Assembly: GCA_963828355.1 (NCBI GenBank)
Contig: CAWHFD010000012.1
Span: 28,935-92,934 of the forward strand
Source of the DNA: an uncultured Verrucomicrobiae bacterium
GTDB taxonomy: Bacteria > Verrucomicrobiota > Verrucomicrobiia > Chthoniobacterales > UBA10450
DNA length: 64,000 bases
Reading direction: 5' to 3'
The notes under the pieces were generated by a model, which was given only the letters and a program-made list of their open reading frames with translations, ran no database searches and had not been told where the DNA came from. Below, one piece after another: positions 1 through 10,574 of the stretch (positions are counted from its first letter, which is position 1; every line of letters begins with the position of its first letter). The position numbers and the translations under genes were made by a program.

Positions 1-5
1 AAACC

Positions 6-407
6 ATGAAAACCGGAATAACTAACTCGAGCCTGATTCTTATTTTGACCGCCTGCGGCATCATTTTCTTTGCCGGCTGCGCCAGCATGGAGACAGACAA
101 CACCAAATCGTTACTCTCCGAAGCCGGCTTCCGTGTGCACACTCCACAGACCGCAAAGCAAAAGGAGCTCTACGCCACGCTTCCGAGCAACAAACTCGAG
201 CACGCCACGGTGAATGGCAAAGGGTTCTATGTCTTTAAAGACGAGAAAGCCGGGGTGGCCTATGTCGGCGGAGAACCGGAACATCGACGCTATCAGCAGC
301 TCTGTACACAGCAGCATGTCGCGCAGGCACAGGAAGAGGAGATGAATCACCCCATGGCCCGAGCTTGGGAGAACCAATGGGGCGGGGGCCGCGAGCCACA
401 GCGTTAA
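6..407 (+). CDS. putative lipoprotein (hypothetical)
   Basis: N-terminal signal peptide with lipobox-like FFAGC at aa 21-25. No recognisable domain. Confidence 0.55.
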   Translation: MKTGITNSSLILILTACGIIFFAGCASMETDNTKSLLSEAGFRVHTPQTAKQKELYATLPSNKLEHATVNGKGFYVFKDEKAGVAYVGGEPEHRRYQQLCTQQHVAQAQEEEMNHPMARAWENQWGGGREPQR

Positions 408-694
408 ACCGACGCAAATGACACTTAAGCCAGCAAAACCCACACCCGATTAAATCCATATAAAGTCTGGAGGTGTTGGTTCTAATTGGGGCTGCGTTTT
501 AAGGCTCCTCATTGCTTTTCAGAATAAAAGAAAAGACCTGTGTAAAACACGGCCAGTGCGAACCATTTTATCTTTATGCCAGCCCAGTCGTAGTGACCGC
601 TGCTACTCGATTTTCTTTCCAAGCCAGCGCGGGCACGGCTGGCGGGGTTCCAAGCGTGTGAGGGATCGCTCACGGGGCCGATCAGTTCCGCAGT

Positions 695-1354
695 CTAGAT
701 TCGTTTGATTGTTGCCAACCAGGCCGGCGCGCCGTTGTCGTGGAATCTCGTCTGAATCCGGTCAGGTTCGATGGCGGCGACATTCCATCCATTGCTGGGG
801 TTGAACGCCGCTTTGAGCTCTGCCTGACTGATGGGGTGCGGCCCAGTATCGGGACCATCGTCACTGAAACAGAGCACATACAGAGTTCCATCATGTTCGG
901 TCACCGACGCCAGACTCGCCGCGTATCGTGGTCGCTCGTCGCCGTCGAAGGTGTGAAACAGTCCGCAATCCAGCACGGTCTGAAACCTGCGCCCCAACCG
1001 GGCCAGCTGGAACGCATCAGCCGCAGCGAATTCAACCTTGATCCCCCGGTCGTCGGCCTTCTGACGCGCGATCGCCAGTGCCGTTTCAGCCACGTCAACG
1101 CCCAGAACAGACAATCCCAGCGAGGCGACGAGAAGAGCGTTCTCTCCAGTCCCGCACCCCGCATCGAGCACCGCTCCGAAGAATCCGCCTTTGGAGGCCA
1201 ATCGCGCTATTGCTGGCTGCGGCCGGCCAATATCCCAAGGGGCGGGGCCGTCGTGGTACGACGTATCCCAGGCCAGTCCCGTCATCCGTTCGTGACTGGT
1301 GGGTTGTCGACCGCTGAATGGATCGTCAGCGAGGGTTCGTGATCGCTCCGACAA
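695..1354 (-). CDS. class I SAM-dependent methyltransferase (TPMT-like)
   Basis: SAM-binding motif VLDAGCGTGENALLVASLG and overall methyltransferase layout. Confidence 0.8.
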   Translation of the reverse strand: MSERSRTLADDPFSGRQPTSHERMTGLAWDTSYHDGPAPWDIGRPQPAIARLASKGGFFGAVLDAGCGTGENALLVASLGLSVLGVDVAETALAIARQKADDRGIKVEFAAADAFQLARLGRRFQTVLDCGLFHTFDGDERPRYAASLASVTEHDGTLYVLCFSDDGPDTGPHPISQAELKAAFNPSNGWNVAAIEPDRIQTRFHDNGAPAWLATIKRI

Positions 1355-1548
1355 TTTGCTCCCCTTCCTCGAACTGATTTTGCCACCTCATCGTGGCACG
1401 TCAATACACAGGTCTTGACTATTCCATCGCCGGCCTAACTAGTGCCGCTTAACTGCCGCGGGTCTTGGCGATGGTATGTCCTGTTAGGACACGTCGAGCT
1501 TTACGGCGCAGTTGGTGCCAGGATATGCGCCGATACACAGAGCCCGAA

Positions 1549-2415
1549 CTAGACGTTGCTTCCGCTCCATTTGAGCTTCTGCCGAACTACGCTGAAGAAT
1601 GACGTGTCAGGTAACGAAGCCAGTGGAAGCTTTTTCTTTGCCTTGCGGATAGTCATGACCGATCCACGCTCGACATGGATCGGCCTGCGGCCATCCAGTG
1701 TCAGGTAAACCGGATAATCGGGATCGCTTGCTTCGATTTCAATGATCGATCCATCCGCGACAATGATCGAGCGGTTGGTGAGAACGTGCGGGCAAATCGG
1801 CGTGATTACGAATACTCCGGACTCGGGATCCAGAATCGGTCCGCCCGCGGAAAGCGAGTAAGCGGTCGAGCCTGTTGGGGTGGCGACAACCAGTCCGTCG
1901 GCGTTAAACTCCGTCAGAGCTTCGCCGTTGACGCGGGTGCGCAGAAGCACCAGGCGCGAAAGCTCGCCACGGCTTAGGACGGCATCGTTCAGAGCGAGCA
2001 TTTTGCCGGTCCTCTTGTCGCCCAATGTCACCCTTGCCTCGAGCAGCGCCCGGTGACTGAAGTTTATCCGATCCTTGGCGATGCATTCGACAGCTTCGCG
2101 ATAGTTCGACGAACTCACGCATGTCAGGAAACCAAGCGAGCCGACGTTGATGCCGAAGATCGGCTTGATCGTCTCGCCGAGTTGGCCGATGACGCGGAGA
2201 ATTGAGCCGTCGCCACCGGCTACAACCAACAGATCCGTCAGAGTTCCAAGCTCCGCCACAGGATAGCCCAATGATTTTCCAGCGACACGCGCCGTTTCTT
2301 TTTCGAAGAGGATCGAAATCGAGAACCGCTCGAATTCCTCGGCAATGGCGTTGACCAGCTCGGCCACGCCGCGTTTTCCGGTGTGAGCGATTAAACCGAT
2401 CGTTTTCGTATGCAT
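1549..2415 (-). CDS. nadK: NAD(+) kinase
   Basis: VVAGGDGSILRV (GGDG motif) and NAD kinase C-terminal motifs. Lies downstream of tlyA, a well-known conserved arrangement. Confidence 0.9.
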   Translation of the reverse strand: MHTKTIGLIAHTGKRGVAELVNAIAEEFERFSISILFEKETARVAGKSLGYPVAELGTLTDLLVVAGGDGSILRVIGQLGETIKPIFGINVGSLGFLTCVSSSNYREAVECIAKDRINFSHRALLEARVTLGDKRTGKMLALNDAVLSRGELSRLVLLRTRVNGEALTEFNADGLVVATPTGSTAYSLSAGGPILDPESGVFVITPICPHVLTNRSIIVADGSIIEIEASDPDYPVYLTLDGRRPIHVERGSVMTIRKAKKKLPLASLPDTSFFSVVRQKLKWSGSNV

Positions 2416-3137
2416 GCAAAGAATTCCTGGTTGCCGTCCGCGCCTTTGATGCCGGCTGGCACGATCCCAGCCACAACATGGCCTAGATCACTCACGAAGG
2501 CGACGATCTTGTCTTGTGCCTTGTGGTGCAAGCAGGGATCGCGAACAATTCCGCCTTTTCGCACGTCCGAGCGCTGCAGCTCGAACTGCGGTTTTATCAG
2601 CGCGAGGATCACCGCATCTGGTTCCACCAGGGCCAACGCGTTCGGCAGGATCAGAGTTAGCGAAATGAACGAAACGTCGATGACGCAAAGATCGACAAGC
2701 TCTGAAAGTTGCTCGCGAGTGAGGAATCGCGCATTCAATTTCTCGAGAACAATGACCCGAGGGTCGGTGCGGAGTTTCCAGTGCAATTGTCCGTAACCGA
2801 CGTCGACCGCGTAAACCTTTTCGGCGCCCCGTTGTAACAGGCAATCGGTGAACCCACCGGTTGAAGCGCCAATATCCACCGCAGTTTTTCCCTCTACATC
2901 AATTTGAAAATGATCGAGCGCACCCTCCAGCTTCAGTGCGCCGCGGCCGACATATTTTCGAGTTGGTTTTACTCCGACTGCTGTTTCCTCATCCAGAAGC
3001 TCCGACGGCTTCGCTGCGATCCGGGTGCCAACGCTTACATACCCGGCCATAATGGCGCGTCTTGCCTGCTCGCGGCTCGGGAAAAATCCTCTCATAACGA
3101 GGAGTTGATCAAGTCGAAACCTTTTCGGCATTTGCAC
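2391..3137 (-). CDS. tlyA: TlyA-family rRNA (cytidine-2'-O)-methyltransferase
   Basis: S4-like N-terminus (RLDQLLVMRGFFPSREQARRAI) followed by an FtsJ-type methyltransferase motif (VDIGASTGGFTDCLLQRGA). Overlaps the nadK start by 25 nt. Confidence 0.85.
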   Translation of the reverse strand: MQMPKRFRLDQLLVMRGFFPSREQARRAIMAGYVSVGTRIAAKPSELLDEETAVGVKPTRKYVGRGALKLEGALDHFQIDVEGKTAVDIGASTGGFTDCLLQRGAEKVYAVDVGYGQLHWKLRTDPRVIVLEKLNARFLTREQLSELVDLCVIDVSFISLTLILPNALALVEPDAVILALIKPQFELQRSDVRKGGIVRDPCLHHKAQDKIVAFVSDLGHVVAGIVPAGIKGADGNQEFFACIRKRSV

Positions 3138-3270
3138 TCCTTGTCAGACTCAAGAAGGCGGCGGAGTCAGGTAAACAAATTCTTCCAATAGTTTTAAAGT
3201 GACACCAGTAATAACGATTATACAATGCTAACCAGCAACATTTTGCATTAATCCACCAGCTTCTTTTCAG

Positions 3271-3582
3271 TCACAGCGTGCTAATGTCGGTGGCCTGGAT
3301 AGGCGGCATAGGTTGACGCGGCCTGTGTAAATCGCTTTGGTCAGCGATCAATCGCTCGATGGATGCCACGTCTTCGGCTGAAGCACGGCGTCGCTGATAT
3401 TTTCGCAGCAGGACTTTTTTCAAAGACAGCAAGTCATCCAGCAACGGTTGTTCATAATAGGTCCAATCGAGATCGCCTGCTGCTTTCGCTTGCAACTGCC
3501 AGACACCGCCGAATTTTGTGGCGCGCACTTCGCGTTTAGTTCCGTCGCCGGTCCTCTCTTTCCATACGTGTTGGCTCGGCAT
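3271..3582 (-). CDS. hypothetical protein
   Basis: 103-aa ORF with protein-like composition in an otherwise empty gap. No motif recognised. Confidence 0.4.
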   Translation of the reverse strand: MPSQHVWKERTGDGTKREVRATKFGGVWQLQAKAAGDLDWTYYEQPLLDDLLSLKKVLLRKYQRRRASAEDVASIERLIADQSDLHRPRQPMPPIQATDISTL

Positions 3583-3725
3583 GGCGCGAAGACCTTACCA
3601 TTAGCAGCCATGCCGGGCATAAGCATTTTGCTTGTGCGCTCAGCAGACATGTTGACCGCTGAGCGTGATTCAGCAGGGTTCATCCGCTGGGCGCACAAAC
3701 CGCAGGATCATATTCCTTACACAAC

Positions 3726-4607
3726 GTGAAATACGCAGCCAGATTGACAGTTTATTTTATCGCGATCGTTCTTCTCGGAGCACTCCTTGCTCCGGTGCTT
3801 TTCTGGTCGGCTCAGTCGCTTGCAGTACACGGCGTGTTTCCTTTTTTGGCTAAATACGACTTCGACACTTTCTTTCGTCGCGCCGTCCTCATCGCGGCTG
3901 TGCTCTTGCTTTGGCCGCTGCTCCGCGCCAGCCATGTTCGAGCGTTGAGTGATCTCGGTCTTGTCCACAACCCGCATTGGGTACGCGATCTCTGCGCCGG
4001 CGCACTGCTCTCAACCATTCCCCTGCTCGTTTGCGGCTATTTCCTCATCAAGTTTCACACTTATTCGTTTCGCCACGTTTTGGTCTGGCCGCGATTGTGG
4101 AAAGTGCTGCTTGCAGTGATAAGCGTCCCGTTGATCGAGGAGACCTTCTTTCGGGGGATTGTTCTGGGCCTTTTACTCAGGACAAGTCGAAAATTCCTGC
4201 CAATTATCGCGGTCTCCGCCTTGTTCGCAGTGGTGCACTTTTTAAAAGGCCCGGACCGCGCGGCCACGATTGTGACGTGGACTTCCGGTTTCCAGTTGAT
4301 CGCCCAGGCGTTCGCCGGATTCGGAGACCTGATCATGGTGGCGTCCGCGTTTGCCACCTTATTTCTGATCGGCTGTATTCTCGCTGATGGGCGTGTGCTT
4401 ACGAATTCATTATGGCTGTCGATTGGTCTTCATGCCGGATGGATTTTCGCGAGCGGCACGTTCAGTTGGTTGGCGCGCCGGCAAATTGCGGCCTTTCCGT
4501 GGATGGGAAAAAACCTCCTCGTCGGAATTGTACCGCTGTGCCTGGCTGCAATAACATGGATACTGATGCGGCTCTGGTTGAAACATGATCGCGCTTCACA
4601 AGTCTGA
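3726..4607 (+). CDS. CPBP-family intramembrane glutamic endopeptidase
   Basis: Polytopic membrane protein with the EETFFRG and FAVVHF motifs typical of CPBP/CAAX proteases. Confidence 0.8.
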   Translation: MKYAARLTVYFIAIVLLGALLAPVLFWSAQSLAVHGVFPFLAKYDFDTFFRRAVLIAAVLLLWPLLRASHVRALSDLGLVHNPHWVRDLCAGALLSTIPLLVCGYFLIKFHTYSFRHVLVWPRLWKVLLAVISVPLIEETFFRGIVLGLLLRTSRKFLPIIAVSALFAVVHFLKGPDRAATIVTWTSGFQLIAQAFAGFGDLIMVASAFATLFLIGCILADGRVLTNSLWLSIGLHAGWIFASGTFSWLARRQIAAFPWMGKNLLVGIVPLCLAAITWILMRLWLKHDRASQV

Positions 4608-5313
4608 GCTATTTCAGGCAGCCATATCGCTGCTGTACCCGCCGACATGCACCATTTGCGGGAAAAACATCCGAGCCGGCACCTACCTTTGCAATGTGTG
4701 CGAAGGAAAGATCGTCCGCATCGAGCCGCCATTTTGCAAAACCTGCTCAGAACCCTTCGAAGGTTCGATCACCGGCGCCTTTACCTGCGCGAACTGTGCG
4801 CATCGCGCGATCTACTTCGACGCGGCGGTCGCGGCATATCGCGGCCGCGGTATTGTTCGCGAAATCATCCACGAATTTAAATACGCCCGGCAGATCCATC
4901 TCCGTAATCTCGTAGCGCGCTGGCTTCGCGCTGCGCTGGAGGATGAACGGTTGCGCGATATTTCTTTCGACCTCATTGTGCCTGTGCCGTTACATCCTGC
5001 GCGACAACGCGAACGCGGCTTTAATCAGGCTAGCTTGCTTGCGGAATCGCTCAGCGCGGAGGCTGCAATTCCTTCCAGGCCGGTGCTTGAACGGATTCGT
5101 TATACCACAACACAAACCGCGCTCGACCGGTCCGAGCGCATGGAAAATTTGCACAATGCATTCCGTTTACGAAAAAACGCGGACGTGCGAGGCTTACGCG
5201 TGTTGTTAATTGATGATGTGCTGACAACCGGCTCGACCTTGAGCGAGTGCGCACGGGTCTTGAAACGTGCCGGCGCAATATCCGTTCATGCTGCCACCGC
5301 AGCCCGCGCGTAG
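4585..5313 (+). CDS. ComF-family protein (phosphoribosyltransferase domain)
   Basis: Cys-rich N-terminal zinc-finger region (CTICG...CNVC...CKTC...CANC) and PRTase motif LLIDDVLTTGSTL. Confidence 0.8.
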   Translation: MIALHKSELFQAAISLLYPPTCTICGKNIRAGTYLCNVCEGKIVRIEPPFCKTCSEPFEGSITGAFTCANCAHRAIYFDAAVAAYRGRGIVREIIHEFKYARQIHLRNLVARWLRAALEDERLRDISFDLIVPVPLHPARQRERGFNQASLLAESLSAEAAIPSRPVLERIRYTTTQTALDRSERMENLHNAFRLRKNADVRGLRVLLIDDVLTTGSTLSECARVLKRAGAISVHAATAARA

Positions 5314-5316
5314 ACC

Positions 5317-6159
5317 ATGGCAATTTTCAAAAAACCGTCAATCAAGGCCGAAGGCAAAAAGCGTGAGATGCCACGCGGGGTTTTTCAGAAATGTCCCGGG
5401 TGCGGGCAAGTCGTGCCCGAAATTGAGCTGGCGCAAAATCAACGTGTCTGTCCGCGCTGCGACCATCACCATGCGCAGCCTGCCATGGAGCGAATCCAGA
5501 GTCTGCTCGATCCGGACACATTTGTAGAGATGGATGCCGACTTGAGGTCGGTGGACGTGCTGCGGTTTCAGGGCGTGGCGACATACAAGGACCGGCTCAA
5601 AAAATATCAGGAGAATACGGGTTTAATCGATGCAGTGATCAGCGGATACGGCATTCTTGACGGTTACAAGGTAGCAATCGCGGTGATGGATTTTGGATTT
5701 CTCGCTGCGACCATGGGCTCGGTGGTTGGCGAGAAAATCACGCGGACGATTGAATACGGCACCGCGCAGCGCTGCGCAGTCATCATCATCGCAGCATCCG
5801 GCGGTGCCCGCATGTACGAGGGAATGTTGAGCCTGATGCAGATGGCGAAAACCAGCGGCGCCCTGGCGCGTCACGCAGAAGAGAAGCTGCCATACATTTC
5901 GGTTCTCACGAACCCGACCACTGCCGGCGTGATGGCCAGCTTTGCTTCGTTAGGCGACGTGATCATTGCCGAACCAAAAAGCATGATCGGTTTCGCCGGA
6001 CCGCGCGTGATTAAGGAAACGACTCACCAGGATTTGCCCGAACGATTTCAAACCGCTGAGTTTCTCCAGGAACACGGCTTGATCGATATGATCGTGCCTC
6101 GAAGAAAACTGCGGGACGAAATCAGTCGATTGCTTGGTTACTTTGGCGTAGGGCCGTGA
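5317..6159 (+). CDS. accD: acetyl-CoA carboxylase carboxyltransferase subunit beta
   Basis: N-terminal Zn ribbon CPGCGQ...CPRCDHH followed by a carboxyltransferase domain. accD-folC synteny is classical. Confidence 0.92.
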   Translation: MAIFKKPSIKAEGKKREMPRGVFQKCPGCGQVVPEIELAQNQRVCPRCDHHHAQPAMERIQSLLDPDTFVEMDADLRSVDVLRFQGVATYKDRLKKYQENTGLIDAVISGYGILDGYKVAIAVMDFGFLAATMGSVVGEKITRTIEYGTAQRCAVIIIAASGGARMYEGMLSLMQMAKTSGALARHAEEKLPYISVLTNPTTAGVMASFASLGDVIIAEPKSMIGFAGPRVIKETTHQDLPERFQTAEFLQEHGLIDMIVPRRKLRDEISRLLGYFGVGP

Positions 6160-7523
6160 ATGCGAGTTTCGGGGACCAATCGGGTTCTCCGGTAAACACG
6201 CCGCGCGGTCCCGAAGGCGTTCGCAAGACATCGCATGGCGATATCCCTGGCATTCCGAGCCGACGGATTTCCTACAAAGAAGTGCTCGCCTGGTTGTACG
6301 GCCTTCAACGTTTCGGAATTAAGCTTGGTCTCGAAAACATCAGGCGGCTGCTCAATGAATTATCAAGGAGGAACGATCTCCAGTTCGGCCTCGGCCGCTT
6401 GCAAGCCGCCGCTCCTTGCAAAGTCATTCACGTCGCCGGAACGAATGGCAAAGGCTCAGTATGCGCCATGATCGAGTCCATCTGTCGAGCGCAAGGATAT
6501 CGCACCGGCCTGTTTATATCCCCTCACCTCGTGACCTTCCGAGAACGGATTCGCGTAAACGGTGAACTCATCTCCGAGGATGCGGTTGCGGATGGTCTGG
6601 CAACCATGCGCGATCTAATCGGCGATTGGGATCCGCTTCCGACATTTTTCGAAATTACCACCGCGCTCGCATTAAGATATTTTTGCGAAAGCAAAATTGA
6701 TGTTGTTGTTCTTGAAACGGGCCTTGGCGGCAGACTCGATGCGACAAACGCGATCCAACCCGATGTTTCAGTCATAACTCCGATCGATTTCGACCATGAA
6801 AAGTGGTTGGGAAATACATTGGCTGACATCGCAGGTGAAAAGGCGGGAATTATCAAAGCAGGCGTTCCGGTTGTTTCTGCGCCGCAGCAACCGGAAGCAA
6901 ACAAAGTCATTCGGTTCCGGGCGGCCGAATGCGGCGCGCGTTTGCGATTTGTAAATGAAGCTTACAGCCGGTCGCCCGTTGCTTTGAGTGGCCGGCACCA
7001 AAAAAATAATGCGGCCGTGGCAATCACCGCGATTCAAGCCGCAAATATTCACGTCGATGAAGGCGCGATTGTTCGCGGTCTCGCGGCGATTGAATGGCCG
7101 GCGCGTTTTCAGAAGTGGGACGAGCGCACCGTCATCGACGGCGCACATAACCCGGGCGCCGCACGGGTTCTGACGCGGACGTGGCGCGAAGTTTTTGGCG
7201 ATCAAAAGACAACGCTCGTCCTCGCGGTCCTTTCGGACAAAGATTTGCGCAGTATCTGCGAAGCGCTCGCACCGATTGCGGGCTCGGTAATCCTACCCGG
7301 GATTCGCAGCGAACGCGCAGCCCCACCGGAAGAACTGGCAAAAGTCGTATCCGATATCACGCCAGCACTCCCCTGCTCCATCACGCCAACTGTTGGTGAT
7401 GCATTGGTGCTTGCACGCGCCCATCCAAATCCCATTCTGATCACCGGCTCGCTCCATTTCGCCGGCGAAATGCTCGCGTGCTTGCGTGGCGAACCAGAGG
7501 CCTTTGAAGAATGCGCGCAGTGA
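6156..7523 (+). CDS. folC: bifunctional folylpolyglutamate synthase / dihydrofolate synthase
   Basis: Mur-ligase P-loop HVAGTNGKGS. The GTG start overlaps the accD stop (GTGA). Confidence 0.88.
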   Translation: MNASFGDQSGSPVNTPRGPEGVRKTSHGDIPGIPSRRISYKEVLAWLYGLQRFGIKLGLENIRRLLNELSRRNDLQFGLGRLQAAAPCKVIHVAGTNGKGSVCAMIESICRAQGYRTGLFISPHLVTFRERIRVNGELISEDAVADGLATMRDLIGDWDPLPTFFEITTALALRYFCESKIDVVVLETGLGGRLDATNAIQPDVSVITPIDFDHEKWLGNTLADIAGEKAGIIKAGVPVVSAPQQPEANKVIRFRAAECGARLRFVNEAYSRSPVALSGRHQKNNAAVAITAIQAANIHVDEGAIVRGLAAIEWPARFQKWDERTVIDGAHNPGAARVLTRTWREVFGDQKTTLVLAVLSDKDLRSICEALAPIAGSVILPGIRSERAAPPEELAKVVSDITPALPCSITPTVGDALVLARAHPNPILITGSLHFAGEMLACLRGEPEAFEECAQ

Positions 7524-7721
7524 TTTGTGCGAACGAACTCGTCTCGGGAGCACATCCTGCCACGTCTGATTTCGGCTTCGCTCCGAAAGAGGCTTTTCCT
7601 CAGCCAGATTTTCGAAATGGCATGGCGCAAAACAAAGACGTATTGGGACAGCCGATGATCTACTTTCCGTCCGAGGCGCCCAATTCGGTACAGGAGTAAA
7701 CTGCTTCTCCAGTTGGTGTGC

Positions 7722-8234
7722 TCACGCAGCAGTTTCCTCGACCTTGAAAACGACCATCCCGCGTGCCTGATAATTCGCGAATGCCTGCGGATGATCTCGA
7801 TTGCAGGTATGCACCCACACGCGTGTCGGTGCAATTCCGCCACGGGGTGACCACCCTTCTTCGATCGCGCTGGTGAGCAACGCCCCGCCTAAACCGCGGC
7901 CGATAAATTCGGGCAGCAAACCAAAGTATGCGATCTCGATTCCGCCTTCCGTGTCCCGACGCAGTTCGTAATAGCCCGCAAGCGCCTCATCGTAATATCC
8001 TGCGAACGTCCGCAACTCCGGCGCAGTAGCGTATTCCTTCCATTGGTCAGCGGTCCATCTTTGTCTGTCGATCCAGTCCCATTGCTCGCCGACGCAAAGA
8101 TAAAGCTCACGATTGAACCGCCAGTCGCGTTCCGTCTTTTCACGGACTTGAAATCGCGGGTCCGCGCGCTTAGGCCGCAACTGGTTCGGCGAACGCATTT
8201 CAAGAAATGTAGTGATCAAGGATTCTGCTGGCAT
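7722..8234 (-). CDS. GNAT-family N-acetyltransferase
   Basis: C-terminal acetyl-CoA-binding region IAYFGLLPEFIGRGLGGALL. The ORF track extends to 8525, but the homologous part starts near MPAESLITTFLEM, so I use the ATG at 8234. The start is uncertain. Confidence 0.7.
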   Translation of the reverse strand: MPAESLITTFLEMRSPNQLRPKRADPRFQVREKTERDWRFNRELYLCVGEQWDWIDRQRWTADQWKEYATAPELRTFAGYYDEALAGYYELRRDTEGGIEIAYFGLLPEFIGRGLGGALLTSAIEEGWSPRGGIAPTRVWVHTCNRDHPQAFANYQARGMVVFKVEETAA

Positions 8235-8523
8235 CACACAACGTTTCAGCACTACAGGGCGCGTGCCTCTTTTGACAGCGGATTTCACTGCTGAAGGCTC
8301 TGCCCCGATCGGAATTCTCACTCCCTCCGGAAGTTCACCATATTCTGCGCCAGTACGCCATGCCTGACTGCGTTCCGTCGAATTCTTCACGACAGGCAGT
8401 TCGGGGATTGAGAATACGACCGAGGATGGAACAGTAAGCGGCACGAAACGTAACATCATTAGCATGCCTGAGAGGAAATCGCGCACGCAAAAGCGCCGCC
8501 GGCGTTCGATTATAGCATTTGAC

Positions 8524-10023
8524 ATGATTCAGCTTGACCGGTCGGCGACGGAGCCTCTCCACGAACAGCTTTACCGTCAAATTCGTGATGAGTTGAAGTC
8601 GGGAAAGTTCAGCGAGGTCTCATCGAGAATTCCCTCCTCACGGGTTCTGGCTGCAGATCGTCGAATCTCCAGATCAACGGTTAGACTCGCACTTTCAAAG
8701 CTTCATGCTGAAGGTTACCTGCGCTCAAAGCCCGGCTCCGGAACCTTTGTTGCGAACCTTCTGCCGGAGACGTTTTTGACCGCGGACCAGCCGAAAACGT
8801 ATCAAACGATTCACCGTCCAATTCGCGTCTCCGATCGCGCGAGAGCAATTCCGGATGCGCGGGTCGGAAATCAGTTTGACCTCGGAGCGACGGGTGCAGG
8901 GGCAGGCGTCTCGCTGGTTCCAAGCATTCCCGCAGTGGACGAATTTCCGATGGCTGTGTGGGAACGTCTTAGAGCGCAGATCCTGGCAAAAAAGGGAGTC
9001 AATCTGTTGCGCTATGCGTCGAATCGTGGCGACGCCGACCTGCGCAAGGCAATTGCAGCGTACTTGTGCGACTTTAGGGCAGCGCGGTGCCATGCTGATC
9101 AGATCGTAATCGTGGCTGGTATGCAGCAAGCGATGCTGATCACCGCAATGGCTGCACTAAATCCGGGTGAAGTCGCGTGGATCGAAGACCCCTGTTATCA
9201 GCAGACCCGGAGGGTACTCACATTGGCCGGCGTCAAAATAGTTCCCAAGCCAGTCGACAAGCAAGGAATTGTGATTGCTCGATCGACAAAAGAACTACTG
9301 CCGAGGATCATTTACGTAACGCCCTCGCATCAATTCCCTCTGGGGGTTACCATGACTTTCCAGCGTAGGACCAGCCTGCTCGATTTTGCGCGCGCTCACA
9401 ACGCATTCATTTTCGAGGACGACTACGACGCGGAGTTCCGCTTTACCGGGCCACCGCTCCCTTCGTTGCAAGGCATCGACAACGCCAATCGAGTGATTTA
9501 CGCTGGGACGGTAAGCAAGATTCTTTTTCCCTCTTTGCGTCTCGGTTATATCGTTGCGCCAGAGCCGCTGGTTGATTCGTTAATTAAGATTCGCAGCGCG
9601 ACGGATCAACACTCCTCTCCGATTGATCAGGCTACGCTGGCGCGTTTTATCACCGAGGGTTTTTTTCTAAGTCACATCAAACGGATGCGGAAAATCTACG
9701 CGGAGAGACGTGATTTCTTCATCAAACAATTTAACGAATTGCTTCGTGATCATTTCATTTTGCAGGTCCCGGAAGCGGGCTTGAACATCGTCGCGTGGCT
9801 GAAGCGCGAGGAAAACTTTCCCATGATCAGGCGTATCACACTTGAAATTGGTGTGAGGCCTTCCGCGCTCTCATTTTTTTGCATCAAGGCAAAGCTAAAG
9901 CCAGCGCTCGTCTTCGGTTTTGCAGCCTGGACGCCAACGCAGGTTCGAGAAAGCCTGGTAAAACTCGCATTGGCACTCGAGAAACACAGCAAGGATCTAA
10001 ATGACGGACGCCAGTCACGGTAA
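8524..10023 (+). CDS. MocR/PdxR-like regulator (GntR wHTH + aminotransferase-like PLP domain)
   Basis: GntR-type N-terminus (PLHEQLYRQIRDEL...PSSRVLAADRRISRSTV) and a class-I/II aminotransferase-like C-terminal domain. Divergent from the GNAT gene. The ATG at 8524 is preferred over the track start at 8464. Confidence 0.85.
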   Translation: MIQLDRSATEPLHEQLYRQIRDELKSGKFSEVSSRIPSSRVLAADRRISRSTVRLALSKLHAEGYLRSKPGSGTFVANLLPETFLTADQPKTYQTIHRPIRVSDRARAIPDARVGNQFDLGATGAGAGVSLVPSIPAVDEFPMAVWERLRAQILAKKGVNLLRYASNRGDADLRKAIAAYLCDFRAARCHADQIVIVAGMQQAMLITAMAALNPGEVAWIEDPCYQQTRRVLTLAGVKIVPKPVDKQGIVIARSTKELLPRIIYVTPSHQFPLGVTMTFQRRTSLLDFARAHNAFIFEDDYDAEFRFTGPPLPSLQGIDNANRVIYAGTVSKILFPSLRLGYIVAPEPLVDSLIKIRSATDQHSSPIDQATLARFITEGFFLSHIKRMRKIYAERRDFFIKQFNELLRDHFILQVPEAGLNIVAWLKREENFPMIRRITLEIGVRPSALSFFCIKAKLKPALVFGFAAWTPTQVRESLVKLALALEKHSKDLNDGRQSR

Positions 10024-10508
10024 GCCTCGTGCGCACCGAGCGTGAGACTGGTTCGGGCTTTGCTATGCCGGTCGATCTGTTCGGCGAGCCACTGAAACCA
10101 CTCCCAATTTTTTTGCGAACCTGCACGCTCGCGTTCGTATTCGACGTAGCCACGCAATTTGCGCCAGGCGACGCGCACGGTACCGCCCAGCAGTTCGTCG
10201 ACTACGTTCAACGGAACCATGTGCGCAAAGACCGCATAACCAAGGGACTCAAGAATGCAGGCTATCGATTGCGCCGCCTGAAAAAGACGTGGATCGCCCT
10301 CGATTTGTGCGGGCTTTGTACCGTCGGAAATTGCTTGAACTAAACTCATCGATTGCATCCACGCTGGCGTTAGAATCGCCTGGACAGCTACAAAGGCTGC
10401 GCGTTCCTCTCGCTCTTTGCGCGCTCGGCGCATCTCAATCAATCCGAAAACGACAGCCGTCAATACCGTGAGGGCCGTTGCGATGTTTGCAACCGTCGAA
10501 AGATCCAC
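9750..10508 (-). CDS. membrane-anchored hypothetical protein (DUF4760-like, from memory)
   Basis: N-terminal TM helix followed by MRRARKEREE and a helical W-rich domain (NWEWFQWLAEQIDRH). The last ~90 codons overlap the MocR 3' end antisense and look non-native. Confidence 0.5.
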   Translation of the reverse strand: MDLSTVANIATALTVLTAVVFGLIEMRRARKEREERAAFVAVQAILTPAWMQSMSLVQAISDGTKPAQIEGDPRLFQAAQSIACILESLGYAVFAHMVPLNVVDELLGGTVRVAWRKLRGYVEYERERAGSQKNWEWFQWLAEQIDRHSKARTSLTLGAHEAYRDWRPSFRSLLCFSSANASFTRLSRTCVGVQAAKPKTSAGFSFALMQKNESAEGLTPISSVIRLIMGKFSSRFSHATMFKPASGTCKMK

Positions 10509-10574
10509 CGCAGCAATTTTGCTCGAACGTCTCGTTGGATGTCACGCAAATTTGCTCTTACGCGTAAGACCGGT

